A program made the translations under genes and the position numbers. Shown in pieces: positions 31,901-40,526 of a DNA stretch of 64,000 nt (positions are counted from its first letter, which is position 1; the number at the start of each line of letters is the position of its first letter). The notes under the pieces are model-generated. The model ran no database searches. It worked only from the letters and a program-made list of their open reading frames with translations, and was not told where the DNA came from. This DNA is from a virus (Duplodnaviria > Caudoviricetes). Where the stretch lies: positions 21,419 through 85,418 of IMG/VR virus record IMGVR_UViG_3300017784_005363; one strand, given 5' to 3'.

Positions 31901-33638
31901 ATTAAAGAATATGAAAACTCTTTTGTCATTAGCTGAATCATTAAGAATTTTAGAAACTTCTATGGAAACTGTAAAACAAGAAGGTGAATTTGGTGATAAA
32001 GGTTTACTTAAAAAAATTAATATATCTTTAACTAATATTACTACAAATTATCCAGAATGGAAAAATCAAATGGAAAGTTTATTAAGTATATTACAAACTG
32101 TTGAAATAGAAACTATTAATGGAGAAAAGAAAAAGGTATTTGATGGTAATAATTTTATTTACATTCCTGGTACTTTACAATTGAAAGATGAATTTAGAAC
32201 AGAAGCTAATGTAGAAAATTGGGAAAAGTTTAAAGAAGATACTGATGGTAATTCACCACAGAATTTAATTTTTGCCTTGTCTAAACAAGCAAAAAGAAAA
32301 ACTCAAGGTAATTACTCAGGGGAAGATAAAGTTCCTATATTAGGGTCTGAAATTGGTAAACTTGGTAGTGTATTTACAAGATATTTATATGAGAATACAA
32401 ATAGACAATATGGTTCAAAGAAATCAGATTTAGCTACTGGACAATTAAATGTAAAAGGTAATAAACTTATTTTAGCAGAACATGCTCCAACATTTTTAAC
32501 TCACTTATTATTAGGAAATGGATGGGTAAATACTTTAGGTGGTATGGTTATAGGAACTTCAGCTTTATCTGCTGGTGCTTTTGTAAGTGCAGCTGCTATT
32601 GTACCTATTGTTATTATAGGTGGTTTAGTTATTGCAAATAGAAAAGTAATTAAAATGAATCATCTTAACAAAGATGAAATGAAATTAGCTTTAAATTATG
32701 CAAAAGAAGTGGCATTTAGGTCTATAAATATTATACCTAATTATCTTCAAATGAGTCTAATTCCAGAAGATAAAATCCATGCAATTAAATTTGTTCCAAC
32801 AGGAATGACAGCTAAAGACAGAGATATTTTATCTGCTTCTGCACAAGAACTATCTCAAAAAATGGGAATGTTTATTGGTAGTGCCATGACATCTTTAATA
32901 CTTTCTGGTATTTATACATTATTAGCAGTGGATGACGATGATGAAGAAAAGAAACAGAAGATGGCTTCCTTAGAAGTGAAATTAAATACTTTAATTAATT
33001 TAAAAAATTCATTATATGCTGATATTGAAAAATATACTAACCCTAATATATTTGCTGATAATTCTACAACATTAATATATTTTACAATGCTTCAGAGAAA
33101 TTGGAATAAACTAAATAAAACAATTGATGATTATGGGACTGATAAGATTGAAGAAGGTGAATTAACTTCTGAACTATCTAAGTCTTTAGGGTTTTTAGTT
33201 GGTTTACCAAAGGCTGTTAATGAAATTACAGAACCAGGAACATTAATAAATAGTGAAAGAGTCTATGAAGAAGGAGATTGGTTTGATGAATTAATTGATA
33301 ATAAGACTAAACCTGCTGAACAAAACTATAAAGAAGCTACTCAAGAACTGAGAGAACCAATGAGAAATAAATTGGTTAATCAAATTAGAGATGCTTATAG
33401 AGATTCAGATAAGGAAATGTCAGAAGAAACTATCAAAGAGTTGGCTACAGCTTGGTTAAGACAACATGATTTAACCAAAGATAAAGGTGAAACTTATGAG
33501 TCATTATTCAATGATAAAAAGAAATGGAGTGATGCTGAGAAAGAGATTGAAAAAATCAATTCAAGTAATGTACATCAAATCCAGAAAACTAAAAGAAAAC
33601 AAAAAAGCTCTGATGAGAGTTCTTCAGTAGCTAAATAA
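28977..33638 (+). CDS. Large ejected virion protein with C-terminal transmembrane segments
   Basis: 1553 aa; hydrophobic stretches LGGMVIGTSALSAGAFVSAAAIVPIVIIGGLVIA and MGMFIGSAMTSLILSGIYTLLAV; last gene of the late module. Confidence 0.6.
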   Translation: MSCTLKEQFKQEFGIDLQNGRLIPELMKVRVSSWIHNNASVMKEMSFNDEVLGIEYRKSNSDHGGTDYFIKYDEKAEEQWEAYKYHQSSQDALESIQETLNFNQYYNYAINENHEDDNVQGDYLFEDIDVVDNPVNFIEWKNNRKALKEKLERQAIQYRKHNNDRRKLKLVNKAIAEIDKQLTKFNENDMFIVHETLMQEINVLDKLLKDITTNVIDAAIILESNRVKERINELSIYFNGIDLININSPVNNSLRELLENTFEDDKLYKVQKGVSNLYEKYNKNLFTIIESTFANDSLVIEHKKNMSPEEFKNFYTTSIELIKSREVFIGETQRDASKVLGAASVDSVLADLLFSGRENYYNQEVGQTQILIQNFTDSWKKIKDKVDANKDYITTQLYQKDKLGVRTNKLISPFTTAFYKLLKDVNSAKFAFFGNKSLQSYKTWMNILKNNADFIQPYKLKVYQELYKDNAMFKSFFTYSDQEMLDYENELKSKLGVALYEIELNKQQEMIKNYINEQENGLFSSASFVYSKNPFSFINNFYSDNFNKPDNTTSEYLEPAYTQMIPKMDKTDEYNPEEYYNTELKKMESGEFGQELMDVYKHAYNLLTEYINPSLQAEDVNVTSLELMNQVDILDREVIKNLSFFQKVPLQLKNLWNSILENYTTNNVQDKEDKNKLKSKYSSYGKNKTKILQQIYNNKSQIELINLLSKEGVDVNSSAVVKASKRQLVNSLVQLELNKYSSTNLFNSITESTEIVRNMNARKNTMNMFDLFEDYVKNKDRQNDRELNYLEDWSRLNLQKEKYLKDSPDPKIMHGNIGKTYFSLDRNIKRLLDLEKDNLNYNYSFKLDDDNYTTENGTFYKNEQEISKEEIDIKYNEYTQELLKLLGVDFTVGAIANGFLAGIYKRAMKSLGPGRYFLNRFAGLNQNMSAAASKEFGFDMKNLLISRRFLRGDILRKMTHWDSARKLLGLQETNRLKNMKTLLSLAESLRILETSMETVKQEGEFGDKGLLKKINISLTNITTNYPEWKNQMESLLSILQTVEIETINGEKKKVFDGNNFIYIPGTLQLKDEFRTEANVENWEKFKEDTDGNSPQNLIFALSKQAKRKTQGNYSGEDKVPILGSEIGKLGSVFTRYLYENTNRQYGSKKSDLATGQLNVKGNKLILAEHAPTFLTHLLLGNGWVNTLGGMVIGTSALSAGAFVSAAAIVPIVIIGGLVIANRKVIKMNHLNKDEMKLALNYAKEVAFRSINIIPNYLQMSLIPEDKIHAIKFVPTGMTAKDRDILSASAQELSQKMGMFIGSAMTSLILSGIYTLLAVDDDDEEKKQKMASLEVKLNTLINLKNSLYADIEKYTNPNIFADNSTTLIYFTMLQRNWNKLNKTIDDYGTDKIEEGELTSELSKSLGFLVGLPKAVNEITEPGTLINSERVYEEGDWFDELIDNKTKPAEQNYKEATQELREPMRNKLVNQIRDAYRDSDKEMSEETIKELATAWLRQHDLTKDKGETYESLFNDKKKWSDAEKEIEKINSSNVHQIQKTKRKQKSSDESSSVAK

Positions 33639-33669
33639 AAAAATTAGAAAGTGAGGGTTTTTAAATAAT

Positions 33670-33703
33670 AAAGCCAGTAAGAAATTAATCTTACTGGCTT
33701 TTT
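33670..33703. terminator. Probably bidirectional intrinsic terminator at the convergence of the two modules
   Basis: aaagccagtaag-aaattaat-cttactggcttt, perfect 12-bp stem; T-run on + strand, shorter A/T-rich tract on - strand. Confidence 0.85.
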
Positions 33704-33704
33704 G

Positions 33705-33777
33705 TAGTGCTAGAGGGGATTGAACCCTCATGGACAGGTTGAAAACCTGCAATCCTAACCAATTAGATGATAGCACC
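33705..33777 (-). tRNA. tRNA-Glu(TTC)
   Basis: GGTGCTA acceptor, GCAGG-TTTTCAA-CCTGT anticodon arm, GAGGG-TTCAATC-CCCTC T arm; 73 nt; CCA not encoded. Confidence 0.93.
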
Positions 33778-33782
33778 ATTTG

Positions 33783-33855
33783 TGGAAATGCCTGGATTTG
33801 AACCAGGGACACCTAGATTTTCAGTCTAGTGCTCTACCAACTGAGCTACACTTCC
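33783..33855 (-). tRNA. tRNA-Phe(GAA)
   Basis: GGAAGTG acceptor, GCTC/GAGC D stem, CTAGA-CTGAAAA-TCTAG, CCTGG-TTCAAAT-CCAGG; 73 nt. Confidence 0.95.
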
Positions 33856-34094
33856 AAATTACTTAATAATGACATAGGAATACCTATGTCAAATCCTATA
33901 AAATTTGTAATTCTCTTTTCTTTTACTACTTGTAATTCATCACATAATTTTTCATACTTTTTTTCCAATATATCATATTCATAATCTGAAATAATTGATA
34001 TATCTACTAAAAGAATATCTTTACATTCATAATAAAAATATCTATATTTTCTAAGATTTTTATGAATTACATCTAATTCTTCTATTGTTGTCAT
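33846..34094 (-). CDS. Stand-alone NAD-dependent DNA ligase domain Ia-like protein
   Basis: LRKYRYFYY...ISDYEYDILEKKYEKL matches the LigA N-terminal pattern (HHEYLYH...IPDAEYDRL); no adenylation KxDG domain follows. Confidence 0.65.
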   Translation of the reverse strand: MTTIEELDVIHKNLRKYRYFYYECKDILLVDISIISDYEYDILEKKYEKLCDELQVVKEKRITNFIGFDIGIPMSLLSNLEV

Positions 34095-34107
34095 AATTTA
34101 TATTTAG

Positions 34108-34178
34108 TTGACCTAAAAGGACTCGAACCTCTAATGACTGCACCAAAAACAGTAGTGTTACCATTACACTATAGGTCA
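34108..34178 (-). tRNA. tRNA-Gln(TTG)
   Basis: TGACCTA/TAGGTCA acceptor (U1-A72), ACTGT-TTTTGGT-GCAGT, AGAGG-TTCGAGT-CCTTT; 71 nt. Confidence 0.93.
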
Positions 34179-34245
34179 TTTTCATTGTGGGTATAACATA
34201 TTGATACACACTCAATCCTTAATCAAATTGTCATTAAGGCAATTG

Positions 34246-34329
34246 CAGAGAGTATAGGATTTGAACCTATGTGGGTGTTACCCCTTCTGATTAGCAGTCA
34301 GATGCTTTTAGCCACTCAGCCAACTCTCT
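34246..34329 (-). tRNA. tRNA-Ser(GCT)
   Basis: AGAGAGT/ACTCTCT acceptor, TCTGA-CTGCTAA-TCAGA, long variable arm GGGT-AAC-ACCC, G73 discriminator; 84 nt. Confidence 0.93.
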
Positions 34330-34331
34330 AG

Positions 34332-34664
34332 TTATTCACTATGTTCTATCATATGACAATTAGCACATAATATTTCAAGATTTTCTCTTTTATTATTATC
34401 TCTATTCCTATCTATATGATGAACTTGAAGTGCTTTTATATTTTCAAAACCACATTTTTCACAAACAGAATCTTCTTTAATTATATTTCTATAAGATGCT
34501 TTACCTGTTGTATAGTTTGGATGATTTTCACCACTTTTAAATAAACTATTATTTACAGTATTAGAACAACTTCTTGAACAATAACAGTTTCCTGTTTTTG
34601 ACTTTTTTATTTGTGCTGGAGACCTATTAATCTCTTCACCACAATTTGCACAATTTACTTTCAT
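34332..34664 (-). CDS. HNH homing endonuclease with N-terminal zinc-ribbon motifs
   Basis: CANCG, CYCSRSC, CEKCG...VHHIDRNRDNNKRENLEILCANCHMIEH. ATG 34664 is preferred; the track's 34730 start runs through the tRNA-Pro remnant and promoter. Confidence 0.88.
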   Translation of the reverse strand: MKVNCANCGEEINRSPAQIKKSKTGNCYCSRSCSNTVNNSLFKSGENHPNYTTGKASYRNIIKEDSVCEKCGFENIKALQVHHIDRNRDNNKRENLEILCANCHMIEHSE

Positions 34665-34668
34665 ATTA

Positions 34669-34700
34669 CAAATGTACAAACTTATATTGGGAATACCAAA
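34669..34700 (-). promoter_or_regulatory. Complete host sigma-A promoter TTTG-N20-TACATTTG, 4 nt before the HNH ATG
   Basis: -33 TTTG at 34700-34697 and -7 TACATTTG at 34676-34669; canonical Bacteroidota spacing. Confidence 0.75.
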
Positions 34701-34707
34701 ACTTTTT

Positions 34708-34745
34708 TCCCAAAGCAGACCTTCTACCAATTGAAATACATCCCT
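34708..34745 (-). pseudogene. 5' half (nt 1-38) of tRNA-Pro(TGG); 3' half absent
   Basis: AGGGATG TA TTTC AATTGGTA GAAG G TCTGC TT TGG GA, then unrelated sequence instead of the GCAGA 3' anticodon strand. No T arm or CATCCCT found nearby. Confidence 0.75.
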
Positions 34746-34750
34746 AAATA

Positions 34751-34782
34751 AAAAAATCCCTCTATTATTAGTAGAGGGATTT
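34751..34782 (-). terminator. Intrinsic terminator downstream of groEL and the small ORF
   Basis: aaatccctcta / tagagggattt 11-bp perfect stem followed on the - strand by a T tract. Confidence 0.85.
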
Positions 34783-34804
34783 GATTTGTTTTTAATTTAT
34801 TTGA

Positions 34805-34879
34805 CTAAATTCCATCATAATCTTCCCTCAATGTAAATTGTGGTTCTTGAAATAATGGATAGCTGAATAAATTTTTCAT
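34805..34879 (-). CDS. 24-aa small ORF MKNLFSYPLFQEPQFTLREDYDGI (or an sRNA) between a promoter and a terminator
   Basis: ATG 34879 to TAG 34805; 19 nt after a consensus -7 box; terminator follows. Confidence 0.4.
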   Translation of the reverse strand: MKNLFSYPLFQEPQFTLREDYDGI

Positions 34880-34898
34880 ATTGGATTGATTTATACTG

Positions 34899-34929
34899 CA
34901 AATGTAAACAAAATATTTACATAAACAAA
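34899..34929 (-). promoter_or_regulatory. Complete host sigma-A promoter TTTG-N19-TACATTTG
   Basis: -33 at 34929-34926 and -7 at 34906-34899, immediately after the groEL stop. Confidence 0.75.
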
Positions 34930-34931
34930 TT

Positions 34932-36560
<1,629 letters not shown>

Positions 36561-36563
36561 TTA

Positions 36564-36998
36564 TTAATCAAAAAGTCCATATCCAATTGTTATATTTAAT
36601 GTATCAACTGGGTTGTTAATCACATTATATTCTAAATCAGGTAATGATAATTTTACAAAACTCATAAATAAAATTACTAATTCATCCACATATAAATCAT
36701 GAAATCTTAAAATACCATGTGCTTCTAAAATAGTATTTGCTAATTCAGAAACTTCACTACTTTGATATTCTACACAAATATTTCTATCGTCATATTCATC
36801 ATCTTCCCAAGAAATTTTATGTCCATCTACTATAATATCACTATTTGAAGTAAATGTTAATCCAGTTAATAAACAAGATTTTTCATAAGCTTCTTTTACT
36901 TCTTCTTTTGTTTTATTACATTCAATAGTTGTATAATCACATTTACCATGCCCATCATCTGATGGGTCTCCTACTGGTATTCTAAATATATTTTTCAT
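36564..36998 (-). CDS. Conserved-looking phage hypothetical protein (GDPSDDGHG motif)
   Basis: 144-aa acidic ORF separating groES and groEL. Confidence 0.65.
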   Translation of the reverse strand: MKNIFRIPVGDPSDDGHGKCDYTTIECNKTKEEVKEAYEKSCLLTGLTFTSNSDIIVDGHKISWEDDEYDDRNICVEYQSSEVSELANTILEAHGILRFHDLYVDELVILFMSFVKLSLPDLEYNVINNPVDTLNITIGYGLFD

Positions 36999-37000
36999 AA

Positions 37001-37276
37001 TTATTTATTTACTATCATAAAAATGTCTTCTTGTCTCATTAAAAGATAATCTTTACCTTCTAATTTAACTTCTATTCCAGAATACTTTCCAAATAATACT
37101 AAATTATCTGATTTAAGCTTCATTTCTACATCTTTCTTTCCTGGTCCAACTGCTACTACTCTTCCTTTCATAGGTTTTTCTTTGGCAGTATCAGGAATAA
37201 TAATTCCTGATGCAGTAACTGTTTCTGTAATAGTTTCAATTAAAACTCTGTCTTCTAATAATTCAATTCCTTCCAT
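37001..37276 (-). CDS. groES: Co-chaperonin GroES
   Basis: LLEDRVLIE, TASGIIIPDTAKEKP mobile loop, GRVVAVGPG, VLFGKYSGIEVK. Confidence 0.97.
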   Translation of the reverse strand: MEGIELLEDRVLIETITETVTASGIIIPDTAKEKPMKGRVVAVGPGKKDVEMKLKSDNLVLFGKYSGIEVKLEGKDYLLMRQEDIFMIVNK

Positions 37277-37319
37277 GTTTTCTTGTTTTTAAGGGATGTA
37301 TAAATTTGTTGGGTGCTCA

Positions 37320-38069
37320 TTATTTTGCAATTTGAAAACCTATATATCCACCTAATATAAAACTAGCTGGAACTAAGATTTTTGTTAATACACTTTTTGT
37401 TTTTAATTTAGATACTTGCTTTTCAAGATTGTTGATATTATCTTCAGCTGAAGCATTTAAATCTTTGTTCAATTTAACATCCTGTTCTGCTGACATTAAT
37501 TTGGTATTAATATCTTGTTTATCTTTCTCTAAATTAGTGATTAAGTATTGTTGATTATCAATTATTTTATCTTTCAAAGGTAATACTTCTTTTACTCTAT
37601 CACCTTCTTCTAATTCATAACTAACATCATAAGCTGTAAACTCAGCTAATCCAACTTTATCTTCTACAACTTTATTCTCTTTAGTTTTATACCTTTCATT
37701 GAAATATTTAGTTAAACCAATTACATCTTTAGGGACATTGATTGGTTTAGATTTGATTTTTTCAATATTTGATATGACTTTTTTGGTATCTGCAACAAGC
37801 TCTTTGTTTTCAGTTTCCCTTCTTTTGATTTCACTATTAAGAGAATCTTTTTCTCTTTTTCTGGTTTCTTCAAATACTTTAACACCATCTTTTTGTTTTA
37901 AATAATCTTTTTCTAAGATATTATACTCACCTTTTAGTCTATTATACTTTTGACTATTACAAGTAAGTAATCCCATCATAATAAAACCAAAAATTACTAT
38001 TACAGCTATATAAACTTTTTTTAATTTTTTTATGTCTTCTTTGAAGACTAATCTTTCTTGTTCTGTCAT
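37320..38069 (-). CDS. Membrane coiled-coil protein, candidate unimolecular spanin/lipoprotein
   Basis: N-terminal hydrophobic segment ending GLLTC, about 190-aa coiled coil, C-terminal hydrophobic ILVPASFILGGYIGFQIA. Confidence 0.45.
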   Translation of the reverse strand: MTEQERLVFKEDIKKLKKVYIAVIVIFGFIMMGLLTCNSQKYNRLKGEYNILEKDYLKQKDGVKVFEETRKREKDSLNSEIKRRETENKELVADTKKVISNIEKIKSKPINVPKDVIGLTKYFNERYKTKENKVVEDKVGLAEFTAYDVSYELEEGDRVKEVLPLKDKIIDNQQYLITNLEKDKQDINTKLMSAEQDVKLNKDLNASAEDNINNLEKQVSKLKTKSVLTKILVPASFILGGYIGFQIAK

Positions 38070-38092
38070 AATATTAGATTTTAAAGAGAGGA

Positions 38093-38332
38093 CTAATTGT
38101 CCTCTCTATCTGCAAATTTATCAATTTGCTCATTAGTAAATGTGTTAGAAAAGTCAACTGTAAAACCATTTCTATCAATAAGAGTGATAATTTTACTGTT
38201 AAAATCAACTTTAATTTGATTTCCTTTTTTGTTTACATAATACTTTTTTTCAGTATCAGTTTCTTTAAATTGAAATCCCATCATTGTAATATAATCTGCA
38301 AATGCTTTATTTGCTTCAAAAAATTTAGCCAT
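38093..38332 (-). CDS. Hypothetical protein
   Basis: 79-aa ORF co-oriented with its neighbours, with an AT-rich leader. Confidence 0.6.
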   Translation of the reverse strand: MAKFFEANKAFADYITMMGFQFKETDTEKKYYVNKKGNQIKVDFNSKIITLIDRNGFTVDFSNTFTNEQIDKFADREDN

Positions 38333-38368
38333 AATAATATGATATTATTAATTAATAATTAAAAAAAC

Positions 38369-38890
38369 TTATTTTATATCAGTAGTACCAGTACTCCCAA
38401 ATCCTCCAGAACCTCTATCAGTTATAGATGCTTCTTCAGTATTCTCAATAACTAATTTTGGTGCAAAAGATGATACTAATTGAGCTATTTTTTCTCCTTT
38501 AGTAACTTGATTTAAGAATGGTGTAGAATTATAAATAATAACTCCAACTTCACCTCTATAATCAGAATCTACTGTACCAGGAGAATTAGCAACTAATAAT
38601 CCTCTTTTTAAAGAAACTCCACTTCTACTTCTTACTTGAAGTTCAAATCCTTGTGCTAATTCAGCAACAGTTAAGCCAGTTCCAAAAAGAATTCTTTCAA
38701 AAGGTCTTAATTTAATATAACCTCTTTCTCTAAATCCTTCTTTCATTTTTTCAAACTTTTCACCAGTAATTTCTACATCACCTTTGTAAGCTTTAATAAT
38801 TGAATTGGCAGTAACATCCATTCCTGCTGAACCTTCTGTTTCATATTTAGGTAAATTAATACCTTCTTCTAGTTTGAATCTTACTAACAT
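38369..38890 (-). CDS. dut: Trimeric dUTPase
   Basis: GSAGMDV, RSGVSLK, GTVDSDYRGEVGV, IAQLV, RGSGGFGSTG (motifs I-V). Confidence 0.96.
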   Translation of the reverse strand: MLVRFKLEEGINLPKYETEGSAGMDVTANSIIKAYKGDVEITGEKFEKMKEGFRERGYIKLRPFERILFGTGLTVAELAQGFELQVRSRSGVSLKRGLLVANSPGTVDSDYRGEVGVIIYNSTPFLNQVTKGEKIAQLVSSFAPKLVIENTEEASITDRGSGGFGSTGTTDIK

Positions 38891-38954
38891 TTATTTTTTT
38901 GTTTTATGTATAGACTATAAATCCAACAAGTTGTTCCTAAATAACTATACATGA

Positions 38955-39837
38955 TTAATTAAAATTTATTTCACAAGCTCCACCTGAACAACTAGCTCCA
39001 GACATTTCATCTGCTTGTAGATACTTTTCAGTATAATTAATTTTTGTAAAATCAACTGGTTTGTTTTTCAATACTCTGTTTATTTTTACCCATTTATGAT
39101 ATAAATGAATATCTTTTAAACAATCAATTGCTTTTATTGCATTACCTTTAAAGTAATTTTTAGCAAATTTCTTGATTCTTGCAATAATATCTTTCTTTAC
39201 CATTACAGTGATTCTATCTCCAGTTAACTTGAAATCTCTGTCAGTAACAGCAGAACAAGCATCCCATAAATCATCACCAAAACAATGTAAAGCATCAACT
39301 ATTAAACCAGAAGCAAATACTGTAGCATTATCATATTTAGAAATTAATTGTTCTAAAGTTAGAACTTCTACAAATGGAGATTGCTTATAGACTTTATCTC
39401 CTGAATCAGATAAGAAAGAAAGACCACAGAAGTATTCTTTATTTTCAAATATATAATCAAAAGTTTTATCCCAATCTTTTACAGATACAGTGTTACTTAC
39501 ATTATGTGTAATTGTCTTACTATAACCTAAGTCTTTATTTGTCCCAGGTAATACCCAATACTTATAAACAGTCTGTACTGCTTTAAGAAAATCAATTTCA
39601 TCTACTTGAGATTTTACTACAGTTTCTGCTGTTTCTTCCATAGGAATAAAACATGCATAATCTGAGTTAGTTGGACTCCAAACTCCTTCTTCTAATAATT
39701 CAGGATAATTTTCATTAAGATACTTTGCCATTGGTGTATCTTTATTCAATTGTACAGTTCTAAAATATTTATGAGCATGTGCAGGGTGAATTCCTGAAGC
39801 TGTCTTTGCCAATACTGAAGCATTACCTGATGGTTTT
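38955..39837 (-). CDS. nrdJ: Class II (monomeric, B12-dependent) ribonucleotide reductase, exon 2
   Basis: Begins A-AAA-CCA-TCA-GGT, completing TTCV|KPSGNASV; ends CSGGAC. Confidence 0.85.
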
Positions 39838-39846
39838 CATTTATAT

Positions 39847-40389
39847 TCACTTAACTTCGTTAATTGTTAAGTCGTTTTTTAATCTATAATAATGAGTAGT
39901 AGAAATTCCAAATTGTTTTTTAGCTTCTTTATGAGTAAGATGTTTCATATCTTCCCATTTATAAGTTTTTTGAGTTTCCCAATATTCTTTTGAAACTTTT
40001 TTAAACAATTCTTTATTTTCTTTTGTATGTATTATACCTAATGCAGGTTTTCTGTTTTTTCTTTTAATAGATAATTTTCTTTTCCATTCTTCTATATTTG
40101 AAACAACAAATCCTCCATTACCTCCTTTTGCCATATTATAATATCCTATTTCTTTAATAGTATTTATCTCTGCTTTTTCACAAGATTTTCTATCTTTAAA
40201 ATTTTCTATTAATAATATCTCAAAATTATTAATTCCATAACTTCTCATTGCATCATATAAAATAGTTTTCTTTTTCAAATTATTTACACAATTTTTATGT
40301 TGTGAAAATCTTTTTTCTAAAGTTTGTTTAGTCATACCAATATAGATATGATTATTAATTTTATTTACTATTTTATATAATTTATACAT
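39847..40389 (-). CDS. Intron-encoded GIY-YIG homing endonuclease
   Basis: KLYKIVNKINNHIYIGMT, RFSQH, E and YN catalytic-module pattern, NUMOD3-like GIIHTKENK; located 3' of P7/P9. Confidence 0.9.
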   Translation of the reverse strand: MYKLYKIVNKINNHIYIGMTKQTLEKRFSQHKNCVNNLKKKTILYDAMRSYGINNFEILLIENFKDRKSCEKAEINTIKEIGYYNMAKGGNGGFVVSNIEEWKRKLSIKRKNRKPALGIIHTKENKELFKKVSKEYWETQKTYKWEDMKHLTHKEAKKQFGISTTHYYRLKNDLTINEVK

Positions 40390-40518
40390 TATTTACTGCT
40401 TTAGTTTTCACTAAAGATTGGACTATATCATCATCTTATTTTTAATATAAGATGGAATGCACTTCCACTCACTTGAGTGTACTCCCTCCCCAGGGATAGT
40501 CTCTGAACCTTTAATTTG

Positions 40519-40526
40519 CAAATATA
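40519..40526 (-). promoter_or_regulatory. Intron-internal -7 box TATATTTG, candidate promoter for the GIY-YIG gene
   Basis: Lies in the AT-rich loop between Q and R; TTAG (one mismatch to TTTG) is 20 nt upstream. Confidence 0.5.

Noticed and set aside
15332-33638. Inteins in the giant proteins, or a fused readthrough product
   Set aside because: No internal Cys or HN-C/S/T splice junctions and no LAGLIDADG blocks noticed; the genes are in different frames with TAA stops.
9390-33812. Short - strand ORFs inside the large late genes (e.g. 9390, 10104, 11635, 13404, 16747, 26185, 27913, 29555, 33624)
   Set aside because: Antisense shadows rich in Leu/Ser/Phe/Ile; 33624..33812 also runs through two tRNAs and the terminator.
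34179-34245. 67-nt spacer between tRNA-Ser and tRNA-Gln with two hairpins, as the missing tRNA-Pro 3' half or a further RNA
   Set aside because: No T-loop TTCRA, no GCAGA, no CATCCCT; the hairpins are AT-rich and short, compatible with an ordinary spacer.
34665-34730. 22-aa N-terminal extension of the HNH ORF in the track
   Set aside because: It overlaps the tRNA-Pro remnant and the promoter; the zinc ribbon starts right after ATG 34664.
37291-37300. AGGGATGTA on the + strand matching the tRNA-Pro acceptor
   Set aside because: No adjacent T arm; a 9-nt match is expected by chance.
38344-38359. 16-bp perfect palindrome attattaattaataat
   Set aside because: Pure A/T in a very AT-rich intergenic region; low information content.
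38884-38952. 22-codon ORF between nrdJ and dut
   Set aside because: Too short, no motif, and overlaps the dut start; unsupported.
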